Of a DNA stretch of 64,000 nt, positions 34,475 through 46,186 are shown piece by piece. The stretch's first letter is position 1. Each line of letters starts with the position of its first letter. This DNA comes from Yuukianura sp. NJ FZ-2021 (Eukaryota): assembly GCA_046563655.1 (NCBI GenBank), contig CM102286.1:13888001-13952000 (forward strand), given 5' to 3'. A program made the position numbers and the translations under genes. The notes beneath the pieces are model-generated. The model was given only the letters and a program-made list of their open reading frames with translations, had not been told where the DNA came from and did not search any database.

Positions 34475-35286
34475 AGTATTTTCCCAAATAGTACACCTGG
34501 TGTACTAATTTTGTTTTCGACTTCTGGGGGTGGTGTATTATTAGGGACCTGGTGTATTATTAGAGACGGTGTACTAATTCTTTTTTCCAAAAAGCATATT
34601 ATTGTTTACTAACGTCTCATTGAAATTACGCAAGAAATATTCGAATTTTGCTTGCAAAAATTTTAAAGAAGCCTCTAAATGATGTGTATTTTGTAGAATT
34701 ACTTGTGTAGGAACAAGATAGAAAGAACATTAATGTTATTTCTGTTGTATTTAATCACTGTGTTGGTGGATATCCACTTTTTGAGCATTTCGTCCAAGAT
34801 ATATCCACTGGATAAATGGATAAATCCGGATGAAATCCAGTTTCAGATGGACGAAATTGAGTTTCGTCCGGAAGAAACCAAGAAAATCCGGATATATCCA
34901 GCACTTTTGAGGGAAGTGGAAGAAGTATTTTATCCATCCACCAACACTGTAAAATTTAATTAAATATAGCCAAACTTTTCCAGTAGGCGTATAAATTTAT
35001 TTGAACTCCGCTGAATTTTTAATTTGTTGCATTCACCGTCCACTACAACCCCATTTAGTCTATTGGATATCCGGATGGATTAAGCCACTGGATGTTTAAG
35101 CATACAGCAACACTGGGCATACTCCTTGGGTGTATTACCAAAGACCAAAGACCCGGTGTACTATTAGAGACCTGGTGTACTATTTGGGACGGTGTACTAA
35201 TTAATTTTTCGGGCCCTGGACCTGGTGTACTATTAGGGACCTGGTGTACTATTTAGGTATGGTGTACTATTAGGGAAAATACGGTA
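34475..35286. mobile_element. Non-autonomous Tc1/mariner/pogo-type MITE with internal GGTGTACTA repeats and a nested insertion
   Basis: Left end TA-GTATTTTCCCAAATAGTACACC, right end GGTGTACTATTAGGGAAAATACGG-TA. Absent from the homologous upstream region of paralogue 1 (31081-31120). Confidence 0.8.
34758..34949. mobile_element. Nested MITE-like element with CAGTGTTG-type terminal inverted repeats
   Basis: CTGTGTTGGTGGAT at 34758 pairs with ATCCACCAACACTG ending at 34949; internal TGGAT/ATCCA repeats; no clean TSD. Confidence 0.6.
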
Positions 35287-35679
35287 TGTAAGGTACGCAA
35301 CATCGGAAGAAGGCAACTTTCGTTTTTGAAACAAGGTTAAGGTTACCTTCAAATGTAATCTCCTCTTAAGATCTATTCTTGACATGGTTCCAACTTGATC
35401 CTGGCAGAAGTGTATGGAAAGTGGTTTTGAAGCATCGAAAATAGTTGAAACTGAAACGGTAAAAGATTCAAGAGTTTTATGTTTTCATTAATTTCTGTTG
35501 TTAATTGATTGTATTTTTACAGGAAGCCAGGGACTACTGGTCACAGGTAGGGCCCCACGTTAAACGAAATTAAAGCGAAGATTATTTGACTTTAAGTTGG
35601 CTAACCCAAACAGATTAAAAATATATCTTTGTTTGTTTTAGAATACCGACTTCGTACGGCAGCTCCCAGAATCAGCACA

Positions 35680-38288
35680 ATGTCACCGCCTGCAGCAGGA
35701 TCGTCTTGGAATGATGGCAACGTCCACCAGGGAGATACCAGCGATGACGATGACGTAGTAATACTGAAGCAAGAACAAAACGTTTCGGAGACTGTTAGAG
35801 AAGCTGTAGACTTGTCCGATGCTGATGAACCCGACGTTGGAGAGGGTCCATCACAGCAGGATTCGCGCCCCGCCGAACAGAATGGACCGCGACGTTCCAG
35901 TCGGAGCTCTGCTTTGAAAACAGTTTCGTATGAGGTAATGTCAATGTGTACAATGAAAACATAAGGTCACAAACTAATGCAATGTTACGCCTGTATGTGA
36001 CACTACTTATTGTTGGAGTATTTATTATTAACAGGAGAGTGATGATGAAGATGCTTCAAGCAAAGAAAAAGCGAAAGCGGAGCAGAGGAGCTCAGTCGAA
36101 GTCATATACAGCCTAACTTCGTTCTTCGGCGAGAATCGTAACCAAAAACTTGGCTCCAAGGTTACTAAAGTTCATTTCCCTGGATCGACCCCAATTAACT
36201 TGCACCAATTCAGTCGCTTCTGTGATGCTAATCGACAAAAAATCAAGACAATCAACGTCGAAGCAATCAACTTCCAAATCTTGAAGGAGATTGCCACCCG
36301 GTTGAAGGAATTGGAAGTCTTAGTGATTCCAGAGTCGCGTGACGGAGAAGATGGAGAAGACATTGAGACGGAGACCTTGTCCATTTCCTCCACCAAATTC
36401 ACTTTTGCTGCGAATACGAAACTTGTAAAGGTTATTCTCCATGGAAGCAATAACTTCTTACGGAATGACCGAAACTTTCGGTCCTTCTTGTCAAGCCTTC
36501 CAAGAACACTGGACCATTTGTTCTACACGTTTTCAACTCTCGAAGAAGTCGATCAGCTCCTCCATGGAATCAATTCGTCTCCGAATTTAAAGAATTTGAA
36601 ACTCTTGACTATTCAGAAGATCGACTCGAACGAGGATGAGGATGACAAGGAAGAACTTGCACTGCATCGGAAACAAATCCAGTCAATTGCCAATTTGAAT
36701 CTTGCAGCATTAGCAAGTTTAGAATTAAACTGCGGGATATGGGAGGATGTGAAGGCGATGGATCTGACATCGCTCTTGTCAAAATTCGCTCCAACTCTCC
36801 GTCACTTCACGATTGCTGGCAACCTCCAAGGAGTGGACATGGCCGACAAGCAAGTTAAATTTCATGTCCCGAAGATGGCTCAACTGATGACATTTAACAT
36901 GGGAAGTGTGTATGAAGTACAAGAAAGTGAAAAATTCGTCGAATCTGACGACTACGAAGATGACAGCGATGATAGTGAAAGCGACGACTCAGCCGAAAGG
37001 AGGAGGAACAGTATTAATGGTGACCAAAATAGACAAGATGATGACCATGTCATTTCTTTGGACAAAGCAGGAACGATTGACATAGAAATTTCATTTTCTG
37101 CAATTCCGACTCTGGAAACTTTGTCTCTCGGAAACTCAATTCATATCGACAGAATCCAGCCATCGATGTTTCCAAAGTTGAAGACACTTCATATTGGCAG
37201 CAATTGGACCGTAACACTGCAAATTCCAACGTCTCCAGAAGCCTTTAACTCCGAATTACACGAATTCAAGTTCGTTCGTGACCTCCGGCTTCCTGATTTC
37301 ATTCAAGACCAATTCTTTATGCTTAACATTCGAAAAATGTTTCCCGCCTTGAAACGAATCACCATGAAGTACCCAACTGCGAAATGTCTCCGATACTTTT
37401 TTCATGGCATGGCCAACTCGACGTTGGAAACACTACGTTTGAAAACAGCATATGATTTCAGAGGGATGCTGGAAGATGCTTTGTTTCCTAAACGAGACCA
37501 TCCGCCAATCAGAGACGACTACAGCCTCACTAAGCTCCTAGAACTAGAAAACGAAAACAACGACGTTTTTCAAGAATTCATTCGAGACAAAGGGATCGAA
37601 CTTCCCATTTGGACACAGACGACCATCGATGATGACATTCTGCGCAGACGCAAGTATGGAATTGAACATTTGACGGGACTCAAGAAGCTGATTTTAGAAC
37701 ATCTTCGAAAAAGACCGACGAAAATTCCGCTAAATAAGAAAATTTCTCATAAACATCCAGATCAAACTTTTGATCCAGATTGCAGAATCGGGTTCTGGCG
37801 TTACCCGCTACACAAAAAGTTCTTGAAGCGGGATATTTCCAAGTTGAAGGACTTGGATTTGTTTCATCCGAATCGCCAATCTCGCCAATTTCATGTAAAT
37901 GCTAGATATAAATTTTTTTGTTAGAAATTTTGAAAATTTCAACAAGAAAGGTTTTTTTTTACTCTTTCAGCTTCCTTGTGACGCCAAGTTATATAAGACG
38001 TGTACATATACCGGGCAACATGGGATCAACTACAACGAAAACCGCGCATCAGCTTACGTATTATCGAGTGATGATGAGGGTACTTGGGATTTTGGATTTG
38101 AAGATGCTGGCAGTAGTTTGGCTGGGTCTAACAGTAAGAAGAGGAAGAAGAAGGTCAAAGGTGACTTTGCCAGGGACAGGCTAATCAAGAAAGTGAAGAA
38201 GGACGAGCCCACTGACGTCAAGCCGAGAATCATCAAGGACGAAGTTAAACACGAGATGAAGTCAGAGGTCAAACAGGAGTCTTCTTAG
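35680..38288 (+). CDS. Nuclear RNI-like LRR protein with SIM-like motifs, paralogue 2. Exons 35680-35934, 36035-37894, 37971-38288
   Basis: Colinear with paralogue 1; an extra phase-0 intron precedes LPCDAK...; tail has KKRKKKVK and IKDE-VKHE-MKSE-VKQE. Confidence 0.85.
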
Positions 38289-39093
38289 GGTCAAACCTAA
38301 CGTGATTTCTCAAAAATGTTAGGCTATGACAAAGTAACCTGCATGCGTATGAACATAGAAAATGGCCTTAAAGTTTTTGTGTAGTTTGGAATTTTAGATC
38401 CGATTTAGAAAAATTTAGACTTTTTTTTAGATGTTTTTGGTTGTAAACTTTGTGCTGGGTTTCTCCCCGAAGTGGTTTTCCCATGCACCTAGAGATGCTA
38501 TATGCAAATTCTCTGGCCAAATGGAAAGAATACTTACCGCAATTGTAAAAATTTTTAAATTGTCTTAATTTTAACATAGTTTCGACGTTAGTTTTTAGAA
38601 AAAGTTTAATTGGTCGATAGGATTTGGAGTTTTGAATAGCAAATTGCCAATGTTGACCTTGACATGTTCAATTTTCAATTAAATTCAATCTAATTAGAAT
38701 TCACGGTAAGCACAAAATTTGCACGGTACGTAAAGCACAAAATTGAATTAAATTTTCATTAAAAGTATTAATCAATTGGCTTATTGGCAGTTGAAGTACT
38801 CTGCATTTCATTGGTCGAGGAGAACAAGTTCATTGGCCAGGATTCATGTTTATTCTTGTTCTTACACTCACTCCTTTGTCCCTTTTTTCAAAAACTCAAA
38901 ATTCCTTTTTAGTTAAAATTGGATTTCAAGGTCCCTTGATCTCTCTCTTCTTTTCCGAGCCTTGAACTGGCAAGTCGAGTCTCTTCTTTCTCTCTTCAAC
39001 AATTGAAATAAATAAAAATCACTAAAAACGTTTCAAAGAAACTCACTAGAACTTCTAGTCTAGAAGTACCCTTTTACAGCTTCCATCAGCACG

Positions 39094-41981
39094 ATGCCAC
39101 CACCGGCAGCAGGAACGTCTTGGAATGCTGACAACATAAGCCAAGGTGATACCAGCGATGACGACGACGTTGTCATACTGAAGGAGGAACAAAAACCGGA
39201 AAGTGTTGTAGAAGCTGTAGACTTGTCCGACGATGATGATGAACCCGACCGTGACCAGGGTCCATCGCAGCAGGATTCGCGCACCGCGGAACAAACTGGA
39301 CCGCGACGTTCCACCCGAAGATCTGCTCTGAAAACGAAAAGCTCTGCGCTGCTCATCAAAAAGTATGAGGTAATGTCAACGGGCACAATGGACGCGTATA
39401 CAAACGCAGACGTATACTAACGCAATACAACGCCTGTATGCAAGGTTATAGCAACGAAATAGTTTCCCTTTAACAGGTTTGGCAATAAGTCCTGTTTACG
39501 GAAGATCCTGCCCCGAGGCTCCGAACAATTTTTTCCGCCAATCCCATTTGAATACTTATAAATCATTGCCGTAGGAATGCACGATGAAGCACATTTTCCT
39601 AATTTTTTAACAAAATTTAGAAAGTTCTAGTTATTGCCTAAACCGTTGAAGAAAAAACTATTTCCTTGTTTACGAACCGTGGCCTGTTTCTGACCCCAGG
39701 CAGGTGATCGTGGAAAATGAAATGTTCTATTATGATTAGCAGGAGGAGAGTGATGACGAAGATGGTGCAAGCAAAGAAAAAGCGGAACCGAAGGGCTCAG
39801 TCGAAGTCATTCACAGCCTAACTTCATTCTTCAAAGTGAGTCGTAATACTAAACTTGCCTCCATGGTTACTACAGTTCAGTTTCCTGGATCAACCCCCAT
39901 TAACTTGCAACAATTTACTCGGTTTTGCAATGCTAATCGACAAAAAATCAAGACAATCAATATAGAAGCAATCAACTGGCAAATTCTGAAGGAAATTGCG
40001 ACCCGGCTGAAGGAATTGGAAGTTTTGGTGATTCCAGAGCCACGTGACCAAAACGACGAAGCGGAGGAGAAATCTATGTCAAAATTCACTTTCCCTGCAC
40101 GTACGAAGCTTGTGAAAGTTGTGCTTACCGGAACCAATAATTTTCTGAAGAACGCAACAAACCTCAGTTACTTACTGGCTAGCCTCCCGAAAACTCTGGA
40201 ACATTTGGTCTTCGCTTTCTCAAATCTCGAAGAAGTCGATCAGCTCCTCAATGGAATCAATTCTTCTCCGAATTTGAAAAATCTGAAACTCTTGACTATT
40301 CAGAAAATCGATTCAAACGATGATGAAGACGACAAAGAAGAATTGGCACTGCATCGCAAACAAATTCAGTCGATTGCCAATTTGAATCTTGCCGCGTTGG
40401 CAAGTTTAGAATTAAACTGCGGGATATGGGAGGATGTGAAGGGGATGGATCTCACATTACTGTTGTCAAAATTCGCTCCAACTCTTCGACACTTCACGAT
40501 TGCTGGAAACTGGCAAGGAGTGGACATGGCCGACAACCAAGTCAAATTTCATGTCCCGAAGATGCCTCAATTGAGGACTTTTAACATGGGACATGGAAGC
40601 GTGGATGAAGTCCAAGAAACTGAAACGGAAGGATTCGTCGAACCTGACGACTATGAAGACGACAGCGGTAGTGAAAGCGACGACGACTCAACCGGGGGAC
40701 GTTTGGGACATGGTGCACAAAATGTACAAGATGACCATGTCATTTCTTTGGACAAAATAGGAACGACTGAAATAGAAATTTCATTTTCTCCAATTCCAAC
40801 TCTGAAAAGTTTGTCTCTCGGAACCTCTATTCATATCGACAAGATCCAGCCATCGATGTTTCCGAAGTTGAAGACACTTCATATTCGCAGCAACTGGACC
40901 GTGACAATGCAAATACCAACTTCTCCCGAAGCATTTAACTCCGAACTACACGAATTCAAGTTTGTTCGTGACCTCCGACTTCCCGATTTCATTCAAGACC
41001 AATTCTTTATGCTTAACATTCGAAAAATGTTTCCCGCCTTGAAACGAATCACCATGAAGTACCCAACTGCGAAATGTCTCCGATACTTTTTTCATGGCAT
41101 GGCCAATTCTTCCCTAGAAACACTACGGCTAAAAACAGCATTTGACTTCAGAGGGATGCTGGAAGATGCTCTGTTTCCTCAACGATACATTCCACTAATC
41201 GGAGACGACTCAAGTCTCATTAAACTACTGAAACTAGAAAACGCTGAAAACAACGACGTTTTTCTAGAATTCATTCGGGACAAAGGAATTGAACTTCCCA
41301 TTTGGACAGAGTCTACCTTCGATGATGACATTCTCCGCAGACGGCAGTATGGCATTGAGAACTTGACTGGACTCAAGAAGCTGATCTTGGAACATCTCCG
41401 CAAGAAACCAGCCAAAATTCCGTTGAATAACAAAATTTCACATAAACATCCACAGCAAACTTTTGATGAACACTGCAGAATCGGATTCTGGCGGTATCCG
41501 CTGCACGAAAACTTCGTGAAGCGGGACATTCCTAAACTGAAGGACCTCGATTTATTTCATCCGCAGCACCCGTCTCGCCAATTTCAGGTGAACCCTGCAC
41601 ATGAACTTTTTAGAAAATTAAAACATTTTGATAAAAAAATTTCTACTGAAAATAAAATTTTATTTCTATTTTCAGCTTCCTTGTGAGGCCAAGGCATGCG
41701 AATTTAACGGGCAATACGAGGTGAACTACAACGACGAGAACTGTGCAGGAGGTTATATCGGATCGGGTGATGATGATGAGGGCACTTGGGATGATGAGTA
41801 TGAAGATGCTGGCAGTAGTTTGGTTGAATCCAGCAGTAAGAAGAGGAAGCGCAAGGCCAAACGTGACTTTGCCAGGGACAGACAAATCAAGAAAGTGAAG
41901 AAGGAGGAGCCCACTGACGGCCACGTCAAGCCAAGAATCGAGGACGAAGTTAGACATGAGGTGAAGACGGGGGTCAAATAG
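39094..41981 (+). CDS. Nuclear RNI-like LRR protein with SIM-like motifs, paralogue 3. Exons 39094-39369, 39743-41587, 41676-41981
   Basis: Same exon structure as paralogue 2; ends GVK-TAG, three codons earlier than paralogues 1 and 4. Confidence 0.85.
39441..39681. mobile_element. Degenerate MITE in intron 1 of paralogue 3
   Basis: Imperfect TIR of about 45 bp (CAAGGTTATAGCAACGAAATAGTTT..GGCAATAA / TTATTGCC..AAACTATTTCCTTGTTTACGAACCGTG), flanked by GCCTGTATG / GCCTGTTTC; absent from intron 1 of paralogues 1, 2 and 4. Confidence 0.7.
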
Positions 41982-42292
41982 GAACCTTAAGGGTCAAACC
42001 TAACGTGGTGGCGCAAAAATGTTACGGTTATGATGACAAAGTAACATGCGCTGCGTATGGACATTAAATTTGTGGGAATTTAAGCATAGTTTTCACTTTT
42101 CCAGTATAGTTTTTCGAAGAAGTTTAATTGATCAATAGAATTTGGAGTTTGGAATAGGAAATCGGCAATGTTGACCTTGACATATGTTCAGTATTTTCAA
42201 TTAAATTCGATCAATTAGTTTCACGCTAAGCACAAAATTTTAGTTTTGATTTCAGGGAAATCTTTTTTATGTTAATTTAAATTTTTACATTA

Positions 42293-42390
42293 CAACTTCC
42301 TTGGCTACTGGAGCAGCATCGACATGTGCTGCCAACGATTCGACTGCTGTTTCATTCATGACGTTCCTTGTCGGCTTTAGCGTCTCAGTT
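42293..42390 (-). pseudogene. Second, more decayed remnant of the 3' end of the 46187-47185 gene
   Basis: ACAACTTCCTTGGCTACTGGAGCAGCATCGACATGTGCTG..TTCGACTGCTG..GTTCCTTGTCGGCTT matches 46212-46360 with deletions. Confidence 0.75.
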
Positions 42391-42478
42391 AAAATTCAGT
42401 TAAAACTGAAAAATTCGAGATTTTTTTTTTAAACAACTGGTACGATAAGTGCTGTAAGTGATGGTGATGACTGATGAC

Positions 42479-42674
42479 CAGAGATGTCAAAAATATGTGC
42501 TAAAAACCCCCGAAATATGGACAAAAAAATATGTTTTTTAAAAATCGCCCAAATATTTACTTATTTAACATTAAGGGCATGGGCAAATAAATAAATATTT
42601 AGAAACGAAAACCCCCCAAATATTTTTTTTGTTAACATTACGGGCATGGAGACTAAATATGTTTGACATCCCTG
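42479..42674. mobile_element. hAT-type MITE (196 bp)
   Basis: TIR CAGAGATGTCAAAAATAT / ATATGTTTGACATCCCTG and a perfect 8-bp TSD CTGATGAC (42471-42478, 42675-42682). Confidence 0.9.
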
Positions 42675-43168
42675 CTGATGACCGAAAATAGCCAACCGGA
42701 GCCGTAAAAATATATGCAAAACGACAAAACTTTGTTTTTGGAACAAAACTCGCTCCTCTCGCTCATTTTTCCATAAGAAAAAAACAGTGACTCGCGTGAA
42801 ATAAAAAAAAAAGAGAATGCCGTTTTGTGACAAGGGGTCTCGTCATAAAACGTTAATAAAACGTCGGTCATAAACGCGAAACTTCAGTCACAAATCACAA
42901 TCACAATCATATTTCCATCCAACCCTGCAACCGTACAGCGTGTACAAAACCACGGCAATTGAGAAATGCAAAACTTGAACCAGGCGATAAAAATTGACAA
43001 AAGGAAACATGAAATGGCAATTGGACCTCCGACTCATGTAATTTTGTAACCCCAGTTTATTCCAATTGCCATTGCTTTGTCTTTTGTACCATGCCGATTT
43101 TGTTTGTTTTTGTTGGATTGGAACACCGACTTCCTAAGAGCTTCCATCAGCGATCAGCATTCAGCACA

Positions 43169-45893
43169 ATGTCACGCTCACGACCGGCAGCAGGAACGTC
43201 TTCGAATGCTGACAACGTCCGCCAAGGAGATACCAGTGATGACGACGACGTTGTAATACTGAAGCAGGAACAAAAACCGGAAAGTGTTGTAGAAGCTGTA
43301 GACTTGTCCGACGATGCTGATGAACCCGGCCGTGATCAGAGTCCATCACTGCAGGATTCGCGAACCGCAGTACAGAATGGACCGCGACGTTTCACCCGAA
43401 GTTCTATACCGAAAACGATCTCGCCTGAGGTAATGTCAATGTGTACAATGTATGCGTAAAGCGTAAGGAATGAAAAACTTATGCAATACATACAACGCTT
43501 GTATGTGACCCAGCTGATTGTGGAAAATGAAAGTAATAACCTCAGTTTAGCTAGTAGAACCGAGATGGGAGAATTCCATCTCAGTTCTGCTGGCTGATTT
43601 GTGCTTTATGCTGGAAATCTGAAGTAGGTCAGTGGGAATGAAATGCGTCCCCCACTCCCCGTGTCCCCCCCCTGAACCTTAGTTTAGCTAAACTAAGGTT
43701 CAGGGGGGACACGGGGAGTGGGGGATGCATTTCATTCCCACCGACCTACTTCAGATTTCCAGCATAAAACACAAAGCAGCCAGCAGAACTGAGATGGAAT
43801 TCTCCCATCTCGGTTCTACTAGCTAAACTGAGGTTATTACTAATGAAATGTTGTATTATTTACAGGATAGTGATGACGAAGACGGTGCAAGCAAAGAAAA
43901 AGCGGAACAGAAGGGCTCAGTCAAAGTCATTTACAGCCTTACTTCGTTTTTCAACGGGAATCGTAACCGAAAACTTGGCTCCAAGGTTACTACAGTTCAT
44001 TTTCCTGGATCGAAACCGATTAACCTGCCCCAATTTATTAGCTTCTGCGATGCTAATCGACAAAAAATCAAGACAATCAGCGTAGAAGCAGTCAACTGGC
44101 AAATCTTAAAGGAGATTGCGACCCGGCTGAAGGAATTGGAAGTATTGGTGATTCCAGAGTCACGTGACCAAGAAGATGAAGCGATGGAGAACGCTAGCTC
44201 AAAATTCACTTTCCCTGCACGTACGAAGCTTGTGGAAGTTGTGCTTAACGGAACCAATAATTTTCTGAAGAACGAAACAAACCTCAGTTGCTTGCTGGCT
44301 AGTCTGCCGAAAACGGTGGACCATTTGGTTTACATTTATTCAAGGCTCCAAGAAGTCGATCAGCTCCTCAATGGAATCAATTCTTCTCCGAATTTGAAAA
44401 ATCTGAACCTCTTGATTATTCAGAAAATCGAGTCGAACGATGAAGACGACGAAGACGAAGAAGACTTTGCACTGCATCGGAAACAAATTCTGTCGATTGC
44501 CAATTTGAATCTTCCAGCATTAGCCAGTTTAGAATTAAACTGCGGGATATGGGAGGATGTGAAGGCGATGGATCTGACATCGCTCTTGTCAAAATTCGCT
44601 CCAACTCTTCGACACTTCACGATTGCCGGAAACTGGCAAGGAGTGGATATGGCCGACAACCAAGTCAAATTTCATGTTCCGAAGATGGCTCAATTGAGGA
44701 CTTTTAACATGGGAATGGGATGGGTGTATGAGTATGAAGTTCAAGAAACTGAAACTGAAAGATTCGTCGAATCAGACGACTATGAAGAGGACAGCGGTAG
44801 TGACAGCGACGACTCAACCGGGGGAGGTTTGGAACATGGTGAACAAAATGCACACGATGACCATGTCATTTCCTTGGACAAAGCAGGAACCACTGACATC
44901 GAAATTTCATTTCCGGCCGTTCCAACTCTCAAAAGTTTGTCTCTCGGAACCTCGATTCATATCGACAGAATCCAGCCATCTATGTTCCCGAAGTTAAACA
45001 CACTTCATATTCGCAGCAACTGGACAGTGACAATGCAAATTCTAACTTCTCCAGAAACATTTAACTCCAACCTGCACGAATTCAAGTTCGTTCGTGACCT
45101 CCGGCTTCCTGATTTCATTCAAGACCAATTCTTTATGCTTAACATTCGTAAAATGTTTCCCGCCTTGAAACGACTCATCATGAAGTACCCAACTGCAAAA
45201 TGTCTTCGATATTTTTTCCATGGCATGGCCAATTCTTCCCTGGAAACACTACACTTGAAAACAGCATTTGACTTCAGAGGGATGCTGGAAGATGCTCTGT
45301 TTCCTCAACGATACCTTCCACCAATCGGAGACGACTACAGTCTTACTAAACTCCTGGAGCTAAAAAACGCTGAAAACCAAGACGTTTTTGAGGAATTCAT
45401 TCGGGACAAAGGAATTGAACTTCCCATTTGGGCAGAGCCGACCATCGATGATGACATTCTGCGCAGACGGGAGTATGGCATTGAGCACTTGAGAGGGCTC
45501 AAGGATGTGAGTCTGGAATATCTCCGCAAGAAACCGGCCAAAATTCCGTTGAATAACAAAATTTCACATAAACATCCACAGCAAACATTTCATCCACATT
45601 GCAGAATCGGATTCTGGCGATACCCGTTTGACGACAATTTCTGGGATCGGTATTTTAAATTGGAACCAGTAAGCTCCAGGAGTGAGGATGGGAAGCGCAA
45701 GGCCAAAGGTGCTTTTGAAGATGCTGGCAGTACTGTGGCTGAATCCAGCAGTAAGAAGAGGGTTAAACGCAACTTTGCCAGGGACAGACAAATCAAGAAA
45801 GTCAAGACGGAGGAGCCCACTGACGGCCACGTCGACGTCAAGCCAAGAAGCGAGGACGCAGTTAATAGACATGAGGTCAAACAGGAGCCATAA
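43169..45893 (+). CDS. Nuclear RNI-like LRR protein with SIM-like motifs, paralogue 4. Exons 43169-43429 and 43866-45893
   Basis: Colinear with the other copies; lacks the last intron, as does paralogue 1; ends VKQEP. Confidence 0.85.
43532..43841. mobile_element. 310-bp foldback (loop-less palindrome) insertion with AG...CT ends and 6-bp TSD, Polinton/Maverick-like termini
   Basis: AGTAATAACCTCAGTTTAGC... / ...GCTAAACTGAGGTTATTACT; centre TTTAG|CTAAA at 43687/43688; flanked by AATGAA on both sides; the empty site is visible in paralogue 3 (TGGAA-AATGAA-ATGTT near 39711-39726). Confidence 0.88.
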
Positions 45894-46186
45894 GGGTCAA
45901 CCGGGGGCCTTGGTCAAACCTAACGTGATGACGTGATGAAGAAGTGTTAGGGTATGACAAAGTAACGTATAGAGATTTAATTTGTGGGAATTATAGATAG
46001 TTTTCCCTTTTCCAGCATAGTTTTTAGAAAAAAGTTTAATTGATCAGAAGAATTTGGAGTTTCGCATAGAAAATCGGCAATCTTGACCTTAACATATTCA
46101 GTATTTTCAATTATATTCAATCCAATTAGATTCAATACACTCACAAAATTTCAGTGGTGATTTATGTGAATTTTTTTAATGTTAAT

